A stretch of 64,000 nucleotides of DNA from Candidatus Dojkabacteria bacterium (GTDB taxonomy: Bacteria; Patescibacteriota; Dojkabacteria; SC72; JAFGCJ01), in NCBI GenBank assembly GCA_016929645.1, contig JAFGIK010000086.1, positions 408 to 64,407 of the forward strand, in the 5' to 3' direction. Both the position numbers and the translations under genes were made by a program. The notes below the pieces were generated by a model, which was not told the origin of the DNA, did no database searches, and saw only the letters and a program-made list of their open reading frames with translations. Positions 20,935-30,169 of the stretch are shown here, piece after piece (the first letter of the stretch is position 1; each line of letters opens with the position of its first letter).

Positions 20935-22319
20935 CAATCTAATTCAACAATCTCATTTAATTCAGGTACATAAGTCTCAAGCATTAGATTCTTCCGGATG
21001 TACTCTGACCACAAATCAATAACCTCCTCATCTCCATGAACGGTAAAAACTTTCTTAGGATAATGTCCGAATCCTCTCAACCAATATTCAAGATCAGCTT
21101 GATCGGAATGAGCTGAAAAACCACCAAGCGTATGTACTTGAATATTCACGTCATAACGTTTACCGTTAATCCTAACTTCAGGAGCTCCATCGACTATGGC
21201 TCTACCCAATGTCCCCTTAACTTGATATCCAGTAAAAAGAATATGGCTATTTGCATCTCCGACATTATTTGCAAGATGATACAGAACACGACCCCCAGTA
21301 CACATACCGCTACCCGCAATAATCATAATACCATTCTTTGCAGAAAGTCTTTTTGAATCATGGAAATCAGCAATAAAATTCAGCCCAGAAAAATCAAAAA
21401 CCTCATCACCAGACTCTAATAAACGTCGAGCATCTACATCGTAAAGCTCAGTATAACGACGAAAAATCTCGGTAGCCTTAGATCCAAGAGGACTATCAAA
21501 ATATACCTCAAGATTTTCAACAATTTTATTTTCTACAAAAAGATTAAGCTCGTAAAGAAGCTCTTGTGCTCGCTCTACAGCAAACGTAGGAACAATCAGG
21601 TTTCCATTTGATCTTTGCGCCTCTTTAATTATTGAAAGGAACTCCATAAGAGTCTCATCTTTACTTTTGTGTAACCTGTTTCCATATGTTGATTCAACAA
21701 TAACATAGTCGGCTTCACGTACAAAATCAGGATCTTTAATAATCCTAGCTCCAGGTTGTCCAAGATCTCCAGAAAAGACAATTTTCCTCACCCTGTTATG
21801 ATCATTTTCCATCCATATCTCAACAATAGCCGATCCAAGAATATGACCTGCATCCCTCATTCTGATTTCAAGACCTTCCCCTAGTCTAACATTGGTACCA
21901 TAAGGATAAGTCTCGAATAGATACATGACATCCTCAGCTTCCTCCTCAGTATAAAGCATTTTAGGTGTACAATCTTGTCGACCCTTTCTTTCGCATCGTT
22001 CAAAATCTTCTTTTTGAACTTTAGCCGAATCTGCAAGCAAAATTCTTGTCAAATCTCTTGTAGCAGCTGTTGAAATTATCTTGCCGCGAAACCCTCGTTT
22101 TAATAACAAAGGTAACCGACCACAATGATCTATATGAGCGTGAGTGAGGATAACGTATTCTATTTCCGCAGGATTAAAAGGAAAATCAAGAAGATTCTTC
22201 TCTTTATCATTGAATCCTTGAAACATACCACAATCAATTAGAATCTTATGCTTGTTGTTTTCTAAATAATGACATGACCCAGTGACAGTTTTTGCGGCTC
22301 CACAAAATTGTATTTTCAT
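20934..22319 (-). CDS. Metallo-beta-lactamase / beta-CASP ribonuclease (bacterial CPSF-like)
   Basis: THAHIDHCG, AGHILGS, FSGDLG, ESTYG, AGSGMCTGGR, FSAHSD, VHGD. Confidence 0.92.
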   Translation of the reverse strand: MKIQFCGAAKTVTGSCHYLENNKHKILIDCGMFQGFNDKEKNLLDFPFNPAEIEYVILTHAHIDHCGRLPLLLKRGFRGKIISTAATRDLTRILLADSAKVQKEDFERCERKGRQDCTPKMLYTEEEAEDVMYLFETYPYGTNVRLGEGLEIRMRDAGHILGSAIVEIWMENDHNRVRKIVFSGDLGQPGARIIKDPDFVREADYVIVESTYGNRLHKSKDETLMEFLSIIKEAQRSNGNLIVPTFAVERAQELLYELNLFVENKIVENLEVYFDSPLGSKATEIFRRYTELYDVDARRLLESGDEVFDFSGLNFIADFHDSKRLSAKNGIMIIAGSGMCTGGRVLYHLANNVGDANSHILFTGYQVKGTLGRAIVDGAPEVRINGKRYDVNIQVHTLGGFSAHSDQADLEYWLRGFGHYPKKVFTVHGDEEVIDLWSEYIRKNLMLETYVPELNEIVELD

Positions 22320-22423
22320 TAAGGCAGTTTACAAAAAACTAAATATATTGTCATTAATGATAACACAAACAACAAGAAAAATGACAGATTTCCTTGGAAA
22401 TTTAATCGTTTTGTTTTAGCGTG

Positions 22424-22461
22424 GGAGCAAAGCGAGGGTCCTTAAACCCTCGCTTTGCTCC
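22424..22461. terminator. Perfect 16-bp GC-rich hairpin downstream of the large surface protein gene, upstream of the RubisCO operon
   Basis: GGAGCAAAGCGAGGGT-CCTTAA-ACCCTCGCTTTGCTCC; no classical U-tract on the minus strand. Confidence 0.55.
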
Positions 22462-22485
22462 TTACTTACAACTTTATTTGTAGTA

Positions 22486-25400
22486 TTATGGCTTGTACTT
22501 CGTACTTCCATCACTATCAATTCTGATCCAATATCCTGAAGTCGGATAGGCATCAAAATTAAATCCATAGACCTTACCATCCTCAACAATCAAGCTATAG
22601 TACTTTCCATCTTGCCATCTGGATATAATTTTTGAACCATCAGTATCAGAATCAATATTTGACAAAACGTCTTGAGCATCAAGTTTCTCACTATTTTCCT
22701 TATATAACCCAACAAGATTCCACCCTGGATTTAGACTAATTTCCAATGATCCCTCAACAAATTTTCCTTGAAAATCTACATCAGCTTTTTGATATGTTCT
22801 AATGAAATAACCAAATCCAGGAATAATACTGAAATCTTGACCAAAGGTCACATCTGCACCATCTGTGGACTCTCTTGTTGTATAGGTATTAAATACACCT
22901 CCACTATAGCTAACAATATGCGTCACATCACCACCATTTTGATTAATATAGTTCATCAATTCGGAAGCTTTGGTTATTTCAGAAGTACCGGAACCCTCCA
23001 TAACAAGCGGGAAATGCACAAGATTCCATCCGACATCAAAGTGATACTGTAATAAATCTGTCACCTTTTTTACTTTTATATCAGAAATGTTTTCTCCAGA
23101 GATATATGGCTCTTCATCATCCCGCACTCCATTTTCATTATTATCAAGAAAGTATCGAAGCTCACCAGTCTCTTCAATCACAATTTCTGTTGTAGTAATA
23201 TCAAGACCTTTTACCTCATAAACTCCAGGTTCATAGGTTTCGTTAGTATTATCAGTATCATTAGTCTCGGCTTGAGCCAAAGCATCAGTTTCTAAATTAC
23301 CAGACACATGCGTAGATTCTCCAAGCACTGATGATATTGAGGAATCTCCAGGCTTAACTCCAATAGTACCTCCTGCTGTATGATCGACACAGCAGACATA
23401 ATAGGAATCATCTTCAATATCCTTACATCCAATATATGACATGCTAATAGATTTCAAAACTTTAACCATACCAGAGGAAGAATCACATGTTGTCACACCA
23501 TCAAATACTGGATCTTTTGGACAACAGAAGAATCCAGTTCCTGTAATGTTCCAGCAATCAGTTCTATTAGAATAGTCAAGAATTTTATCATGTGTCGCGG
23601 ATGGACATCCAGATCTATCCTTTGGACAACAATAATTATCATCTGTAAGATACCAGCAAACGGATTTGTCTTCTGGATGGTAAGTAATGTCATAATACTC
23701 TTCTGGACAATCACTATACGGGTCATAAGTTGAAGATTCAGTGCAACAATACAAACCATTAACGTATGGATGCTGCTCACAAGTATATGATCCTTTAATC
23801 TCCGAATTATATGAGCTCTCAGTCCCATCAGGACATTTACAGCATAAACCTCCACCAGCAGGAGCAGGCGTACAGCCCATAACTAAAGCGTCAACTCCTG
23901 AAACGAAACTCGTCCCTTCTGGACAATTAGTCGTCTTCTTTACCTCTGGCTTCCACGTAGGGTTACCACACTGATTATTACAGCCACATCCATCAATCTT
24001 GTAAGTGACACCAGATGAACTGCACATTGCCATAATGCAAGACCCTTCTCCATTACTTACTTTGTTTTTTAAATCCTCAGGCCAACTAACAGGAGTATCC
24101 GCATTACAACCATAATTCGTCCAAGCATTAGGTCCACAGGCACTTGTCTCTTGAGTTGAAACAGGATTATTAGTATTGCAATAATCGTTGCCAGAACCAG
24201 TCATACAACCATTAGTACAAGCCTCAGCAAGTTCCCCATCACCGGAATTCGAATTACATCTCCAGAGATTTGATCCATTACAATACAAACCTGCTCCATT
24301 CCAGCCACCATTTGAAAGTGAAGAACAAAAGCCAGAAGGTTGAAGCTCACCTGTACCACCTGAAGAATTACATAAATTTGAACAAGCCGCAGGGCATCCA
24401 TTTTCACAAGCAGTTGGATCATCAGACCCAGGACAACCGGACTTACAAGAATCAACACAATCCGAAACATTAGTAAACCTCGAGTCTCCAGGACAATCCC
24501 CTGATCCAGAAGAACCCCCACTACTTGGAGTACCTGAATCACTTGGAGTACCAGAATCTCCAGTATCGCTAGAAGAACTACACAAATTTGAGCAAGCCGA
24601 AGGGCATCCATTTACACAAGTAGTTGGATCATCAGACCCAGGACAACCGGACTCACAAGAATCAACGCAATCCGAAACATTAGTAAACCTCGAGTCTCCA
24701 GGACAATCCCCAGCAAATGCACCAAGAACCAACTTATCTAGTTCGCTTTTCCCTGATTCGGTATCTTCCAAAGTTATTGGACTAACTGGCTGATCCATAT
24801 CAGTAGAAACATACATTTTGCTTGAATAAACACTATTATTAACCACACCAAAAATATTAATTATATCAGTATCGTTTATCCCAGGTTCATATACGGATTT
24901 ACCATCAACTGAAAGTATATTTGATATATCTACAGTATAAGAACCTTCAAATAAAGGAGAAGAGACCCAACCAGATTCTTCTGTATCAATACTTGATCTT
25001 TTTACCAGAGCTACACCATCAACAATTGAATCTCCATTGCCATCACTTACATTTCCATAGACAGGGTCAGGACTAGTTACATCATCATTGATTTGAGAAG
25101 TCTTAAATGAATTATCAATTTCAAATGCAACTTTAGCAAAAGATCCAGATTTTATTGCAAAATAATAGTTTGCTGTTGGCTCCAATCCTGTAATAGTTAC
25201 ATGATGAGTATATCTTTTATTTGCAGCACTTTTATTATAATCACGATTCCCGGATGAATCCATTTCAACGTCTCTATCATCATAAAATTCATTATCTGAT
25301 TTGAACAACATAAAACCACCGTCAACTTCTTTTTCACCTACAATAACTGTACCAATAACAGGTCTATCCGTAGTCCAAACAATTGTTGCACTGGAATATG

Positions 25401-25569
25401 TCACATTGGAAACATACACATTATCTACTTTCACAGAACAATCAATATTTATCTTGACTAAAACTACAATCAAACAGGACGCTAAGATCAAACCCAGTGC
25501 AATTAAAGAATAAATAACTAATGATTTCTTTGAGAAACGGAACGAAGAAGGCTTGGATTTAATAGCCAT
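22486..25569 (-). CDS. Large membrane-anchored surface protein: FN3/purple-acid-phosphatase-N-like domain, Cys-rich middle, C-terminal GWNL-repeat domain
   Basis: N-terminal TM; VSNVTYSSATIVWTT..HHVTITGLEPTANYYF (FN3-like); Cys-rich central region; two GWNLV motifs near the C-terminus. Confidence 0.75.
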   Translation of the reverse strand: MAIKSKPSSFRFSKKSLVIYSLIALGLILASCLIVVLVKINIDCSVKVDNVYVSNVTYSSATIVWTTDRPVIGTVIVGEKEVDGGFMLFKSDNEFYDDRDVEMDSSGNRDYNKSAANKRYTHHVTITGLEPTANYYFAIKSGSFAKVAFEIDNSFKTSQINDDVTSPDPVYGNVSDGNGDSIVDGVALVKRSSIDTEESGWVSSPLFEGSYTVDISNILSVDGKSVYEPGINDTDIINIFGVVNNSVYSSKMYVSTDMDQPVSPITLEDTESGKSELDKLVLGAFAGDCPGDSRFTNVSDCVDSCESGCPGSDDPTTCVNGCPSACSNLCSSSSDTGDSGTPSDSGTPSSGGSSGSGDCPGDSRFTNVSDCVDSCKSGCPGSDDPTACENGCPAACSNLCNSSGGTGELQPSGFCSSLSNGGWNGAGLYCNGSNLWRCNSNSGDGELAEACTNGCMTGSGNDYCNTNNPVSTQETSACGPNAWTNYGCNADTPVSWPEDLKNKVSNGEGSCIMAMCSSSGVTYKIDGCGCNNQCGNPTWKPEVKKTTNCPEGTSFVSGVDALVMGCTPAPAGGGLCCKCPDGTESSYNSEIKGSYTCEQHPYVNGLYCCTESSTYDPYSDCPEEYYDITYHPEDKSVCWYLTDDNYCCPKDRSGCPSATHDKILDYSNRTDCWNITGTGFFCCPKDPVFDGVTTCDSSSGMVKVLKSISMSYIGCKDIEDDSYYVCCVDHTAGGTIGVKPGDSSISSVLGESTHVSGNLETDALAQAETNDTDNTNETYEPGVYEVKGLDITTTEIVIEETGELRYFLDNNENGVRDDEEPYISGENISDIKVKKVTDLLQYHFDVGWNLVHFPLVMEGSGTSEITKASELMNYINQNGGDVTHIVSYSGGVFNTYTTRESTDGADVTFGQDFSIIPGFGYFIRTYQKADVDFQGKFVEGSLEISLNPGWNLVGLYKENSEKLDAQDVLSNIDSDTDGSKIISRWQDGKYYSLIVEDGKVYGFNFDAYPTSGYWIRIDSDGSTKYKP
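24362..24711. repeat. Intragenic direct repeat: two ~140-bp copies (24362-24501, 24572-24711; period 210 bp) with an 18-bp duplication in the spacer
   Basis: About 8 mismatches by manual comparison; encodes GDCPGDSRFTNVSDCVDSC.SGCPGSDDPT.C.NGCP.ACSNLC twice. Confidence 0.92.
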
Positions 25570-25700
25570 TTTGAATTTTTAATAAGTTAGTATATCGGGA
25601 TCGGATATATTTCAATCTAATACTACTACTCATCAATGTATCAAATTTGACTAATAATGACAAAACCTGACATTTGAGTCAGTGGGCGAAAATCAATACA

Positions 25701-27155
25701 TTATTTTTTCATAGATTTAGCTAAATCAAGAAGTTGATCTTTTGTATTCATGCTAGGGTCATCAATAACTTTTTCAAGAAGATCCTTTAGGATAATTCCC
25801 ATTAATGGACCTTTCTCAATACCAAGTTCTGCAAGATCATTTCCATCGATTTTTAAATCATTAATTTTTAATGCCATATCTTTCTGTCGAATTTCAGATA
25901 TACGCTCTTGCAACTGCTCAATTTCTGCAGGCTGAAATATACCATCAGGATTTGAAGATGCATCTGCAATTCTTAACGAGAAAAGATCATCTATGTTCTC
26001 CTCACCGACCCTGGCAATAAAACGCCTTACTGCAGAATCTGTCCATTTTTTTGATTCATAGATCTCAATATCTTTTTCTGATGCATTTTCAGAAACAATA
26101 GGATAATAGAACATATGAAATTTTACCAATCTGGCTACTCGATCAATCTCGGCTCTTGAAAACCTTAAACGCTGCATCACTTCACGAGTTATTTTCTCAC
26201 CTTCAATATCATGACCATAAAAATGGCCATCAGCCATAGCTTTCCGTGGTTTACCAATATCATGTAGAAGTGCAGCTAATCTAATATTAACAGGAGCTAA
26301 ATCCATAGTACTCAAAAGATGTTTATAAACATCCTCTTTGTGAAATATTGGCTGATCAAAACCCACCCCTTCCAATAACTCCGGAATAAAAAGCTTCAAC
26401 AACCCACTCTTGCGCATAAACTCTATCCCAATAGATGGCTTCTCGGACTTGTTCAGCAATTTCACAATCTCATCACGTACGCGCTCCATAGAAACCTGAG
26501 CAGACACAGCTAAAGTTTTTGTTATAGCCTTAAAGGTCTTCTCCTCTATATCAAAACCTAGCTCTGCTGCTAATCTACAAGCTCTCAACGCTCGAAGTCC
26601 ATCCTCACTAAATCGCTGTTCTGCAACACCAGTTGATCTGACTATCTTATTATTCAAATCAATAATCCCATCAAATGGATCATAAATAGTCATTTTTTTA
26701 AGATCTTTACTGCCATCCAGATCTGCTGATGCAAGATCCATTGCCATCGAATTCCAGGTAAAATCCCGTCGCTTAAGATCCTCATCAAGATTCTTTACAA
26801 ATTCAACTGTTGATGGCCATCTGCCATCAACATATTTTTCATCACTACGAAAAGTTGTAACCTCCACTTGGTAAGTTGGATAACCATCTTTCTCTCGAAT
26901 AATAACTGTAACTGTCCCAAATTTTGCACCAGTTGAAACAGCTTTTGGAAAAATATTCAACATTTGATCTGGCAAAGCATCAGTCGCAAGATCATAGTCA
27001 TCTGGCAATATTCCCATAACAAGATCCCGTAATGCCCCACCAACTAAATAACATTTAAATCCCTCTTTACTTAGAATTCTTGCCACTGTTTGAACATACT
27101 CAGGAATAATAAGCTCAATCTCATATATATGTTGATCTATCTTTTTGATATTCAT
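25701..27155 (-). CDS. cca: CCA-adding tRNA nucleotidyltransferase with HD domain
   Basis: VGGALRD, DYDLAT, EDLKRRDFT, EDGLRALR, LLHDIGK. Start placed at MNIKK, an ATGA overlap with the upstream gene. Confidence 0.88.
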   Translation of the reverse strand: MNIKKIDQHIYEIELIIPEYVQTVARILSKEGFKCYLVGGALRDLVMGILPDDYDLATDALPDQMLNIFPKAVSTGAKFGTVTVIIREKDGYPTYQVEVTTFRSDEKYVDGRWPSTVEFVKNLDEDLKRRDFTWNSMAMDLASADLDGSKDLKKMTIYDPFDGIIDLNNKIVRSTGVAEQRFSEDGLRALRACRLAAELGFDIEEKTFKAITKTLAVSAQVSMERVRDEIVKLLNKSEKPSIGIEFMRKSGLLKLFIPELLEGVGFDQPIFHKEDVYKHLLSTMDLAPVNIRLAALLHDIGKPRKAMADGHFYGHDIEGEKITREVMQRLRFSRAEIDRVARLVKFHMFYYPIVSENASEKDIEIYESKKWTDSAVRRFIARVGEENIDDLFSLRIADASSNPDGIFQPAEIEQLQERISEIRQKDMALKINDLKIDGNDLAELGIEKGPLMGIILKDLLEKVIDDPSMNTKDQLLDLAKSMKK

Positions 27156-29038
27156 GCTCTTATTATAACAGCAGATAAAATTCTTGAAAGATAACGACCA
27201 ATATTCAGCCTTCGTGCAAGAATATAAAGCGAGAAACTGCTTGATAGTAATATAATATTTATATTTGAACCAGTCCTGGCAAGATATCCTGAATGACAAA
27301 TCGCTCCAAGATTACATATAGTTGAAGGATTAAAAGCACCATCTGATATATCACCTTCCTGAGAAGGAATTTCCTCAGAATAGACATTAACTATGGTGCT
27401 TACAGAATCACTAATATTCTGACAATAGTCACTATCGCAAAAAAGATTTACTACATTTGGAATTACGTATTCTCCCGAAATAAGGTCAGATTTGACTTTA
27501 GCATCAAGAACATAATGAACCTCTTGTTTATTATTAATCCTGCCAATATGAGCCTGAAGTGATAGATCTTGAATATTAAAAAAGTTGGCATCTGTAATTT
27601 CAATATAATTATCAGAAAACAGGTCATTTACATCAATATTTTCTGCTCTTGCACCATTATTTTTAACAATAATGTCATATCTAATAAATTCTCCTGAGTT
27701 ACTAGTCGTAGATTCAACCATCGTCTCATCACTATCAGAAACAAACTTCTCAACACTCAAATCTGGGGCAAGATGTAAATCAATAGCCATAGATCTTAAT
27801 TCATATGGAATCAGAGTAACTGATATAAAATCTCCAGAGCCTACAGCAACAAAATCTGTCTGATTAGCTACCCAAGTCGAAGGAGCACCATAATCACCCC
27901 TCAAAGAAATGATGCTTCGAGATTCAGGATTCGTGGACATATTAGTTGAAGCTGCAAGACTTACACTCTCTTTATGAAAATTTGGATCTTTCACAATTAG
28001 AGGAGAAATTGTCATATCCAATGGATAGTCAAGACCCATATTCAAATCATAATATAAAGAAATTCTATCTTTAGGACCAATACTTACAACCTGAGTATGA
28101 ATTGAACCATCAGGTAATTGATCAGTTACCTCAATATTATTAAGCGTGTAAGAACTATAGTTAAAAAGTGTAGAAGAAAACTCAAGTATCAATTCACCAG
28201 AATCATTAAATTCTGGAACCACTGATCTATGGACAATTTTTAGTGGTTGAATAGTGGAAAAAGAATAGATAGTCCGGCCAACAGGAGGATATGAGTAAGA
28301 ACTTGGAGCAAAATTGCCAATAGTTTCCATAACGTGAGCTTTACCACCCCTTGTAATCATCGAACCATTAAAAAGAAAAGCTACTGAGACATTTACAACA
28401 TCAGCACCTAAACGCGTCAGATCACCCGATGATGGATCGGCTCTTGATACAAAAATGTTAGATTTACCAACATCAATCTGATGACTGGAATAATTAAAAT
28501 AAAAATATCCAAAATCAATATTGCTATTGGGCGGAACCTGAACAGCATCTGCAACACCTAAATAACGCCTTGCACTCGGATATAACACAGTACCAACATC
28601 AAAAAAATCATGCGACCCTACAAATCCATCTGATTCACCATGAATAAGTGAACTATCATAATACATCGACCCTGCAGATCTGGAAGGTACCGGAAGATTT
28701 CTATACGATACAGAAATTGTCTGAGCAAATTCACAATTCATCGTGTCACCTCTAGGATAAAATGCATCCGCTCTTACCTTTTGTGGTAAGAATATAATCA
28801 GAGATGCCAGAAAAACTAAGTATAGAAGGATACGATTTTTATATTTCTTGTAGATTTTTGCAAATCTAGCATTACGTTGATCCAGGTTGTCGCTTAGAAC
28901 ACTTTTATTTGTTGCCCTGGAACTCCTACATATATCTTTCCATACGGTATATCCACGATAGGAGTCACCGAACTTTACGTATTTCCCATTAAGATATTGA
29001 ACATCGGAATTCCTAGGATAATAAGTTTTTTTATTCAT
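27152..29038 (-). CDS. Secreted/surface protein with DUF11-like Ig domains and an LPxTG-like C-terminus
   Basis: Hydrophobic segment ending VRA; IEVTDQLPDG; DLSVEKFV..GEFIRYDIIVKNNG; LARTG followed by a hydrophobic helix and RR. Confidence 0.65.
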   Translation of the reverse strand: MNKKTYYPRNSDVQYLNGKYVKFGDSYRGYTVWKDICRSSRATNKSVLSDNLDQRNARFAKIYKKYKNRILLYLVFLASLIIFLPQKVRADAFYPRGDTMNCEFAQTISVSYRNLPVPSRSAGSMYYDSSLIHGESDGFVGSHDFFDVGTVLYPSARRYLGVADAVQVPPNSNIDFGYFYFNYSSHQIDVGKSNIFVSRADPSSGDLTRLGADVVNVSVAFLFNGSMITRGGKAHVMETIGNFAPSSYSYPPVGRTIYSFSTIQPLKIVHRSVVPEFNDSGELILEFSSTLFNYSSYTLNNIEVTDQLPDGSIHTQVVSIGPKDRISLYYDLNMGLDYPLDMTISPLIVKDPNFHKESVSLAASTNMSTNPESRSIISLRGDYGAPSTWVANQTDFVAVGSGDFISVTLIPYELRSMAIDLHLAPDLSVEKFVSDSDETMVESTTSNSGEFIRYDIIVKNNGARAENIDVNDLFSDNYIEITDANFFNIQDLSLQAHIGRINNKQEVHYVLDAKVKSDLISGEYVIPNVVNLFCDSDYCQNISDSVSTIVNVYSEEIPSQEGDISDGAFNPSTICNLGAICHSGYLARTGSNINIILLSSSFSLYILARRLNIGRYLSRILSAVIIRA

Positions 29039-29139
29039 TCAGATATTGGTTAAAAAATAAGATTTTAACCAATAATATCTCCTGAAGATTAAAGAATATT
29101 AAAAACGAGAAAAAATTGAGAATAATCGTAGATTTCCAA

Positions 29140-30120
29140 TCATTGTTTATCAAATATGTTTATCACTACATCCTCCAAAGACATCTCTTTGATATCAACA
29201 TCATCAATCGGAAGTGATTTTAGGATAGAAGATGAAACAAGAGGAACGTCTTTACGATCAACCGATATCGTTGCAGAAACACCATCGTATTCAATAACTT
29301 CGCCAAATTTTTCTAAATCAGTTTGACTTACACTCGATAAAAATTGGAGAGAAATATACTTTTCCCTAACATACTTTTTAACAATTCCATCAAGAGAACC
29401 ATCGTATGCAAGCTCCCCTTTATTTATCATTATCACACGAGCACAAAGCTCCTGAACATCATCCATATTATGACTCGTCAAAATTATTGTAGTCTTGTAT
29501 TTGGAATTATACCCACGCAAAAATTCTCTCAATCGTTTCTGCATAGCAAAATCAAGACCAATTGTCGGCTCATCAAGAAATAGAATCTTAGGTGAATGAA
29601 GTAATGCTGCAACCAATTCACATTTCATTCGTTGCCCAAGAGATAACTTGCGAACCTGAATATTCAAAATATCTCTAAGATCAAGCATTTCTATAAGTCC
29701 ATCAAGCGTATGATTAAAATTTTTCTTGCTAATATCATAAATTTCCTGGTTCAGTAAAAAACTATCCATCGCAGGCAAATCCCACCATAACTGATTCTTT
29801 TGACCCATGACCAAAGAAATCTGTTTTAAAAATTCTGTTTTTCTATCAAAAGGAGTAAAACCCAGTACATTTATCGTCCCAGAAGATGGAAAAAGAAGAC
29901 CAGACAAACATTTCAATGTCGTAGTCTTACCTGCACCATTAGGGCCAATAAATCCAACAAACTCACCTTCTTCAATGTCAAAAGATACAGATTTAACAGC
30001 GTCAATAGAAATATACTCTCTTTTGAATAATGACTTTAGAGAACCTAATAATCCTGGTTTCTTTTTATACTGCTTAAATATTTTTGATAAATTTTTAACT
30101 TCAACTACTTTTTCTCGCAT
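29140..30120 (-). CDS. ABC-2 type transporter ATP-binding subunit
   Basis: GPNGAGKTT, LSLGQ signature, LFLDEPT, TSH. Confidence 0.93.
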   Translation of the reverse strand: MREKVVEVKNLSKIFKQYKKKPGLLGSLKSLFKREYISIDAVKSVSFDIEEGEFVGFIGPNGAGKTTTLKCLSGLLFPSSGTINVLGFTPFDRKTEFLKQISLVMGQKNQLWWDLPAMDSFLLNQEIYDISKKNFNHTLDGLIEMLDLRDILNIQVRKLSLGQRMKCELVAALLHSPKILFLDEPTIGLDFAMQKRLREFLRGYNSKYKTTIILTSHNMDDVQELCARVIMINKGELAYDGSLDGIVKKYVREKYISLQFLSSVSQTDLEKFGEVIEYDGVSATISVDRKDVPLVSSSILKSLPIDDVDIKEMSLEDVVINIFDKQ

Positions 30121-30169
30121 ATTAGGAATTTTTTATTAAAAACAAATGCTATCAACAATAGAAATAAAA

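Noticed and set aside
24362-24711. Direct repeats considered as a CRISPR array or DGR template/variable repeat pair
   Set aside because: Only two long in-frame copies inside one CDS; mismatches are not confined to adenines; no cas or reverse transcriptase gene in the window
27156-27299. N-terminal extension of the CCA enzyme in the ORF track
   Set aside because: It overlaps the upstream gene's 3' end; the ATGA overlap at 27152-27155 gives the natural start
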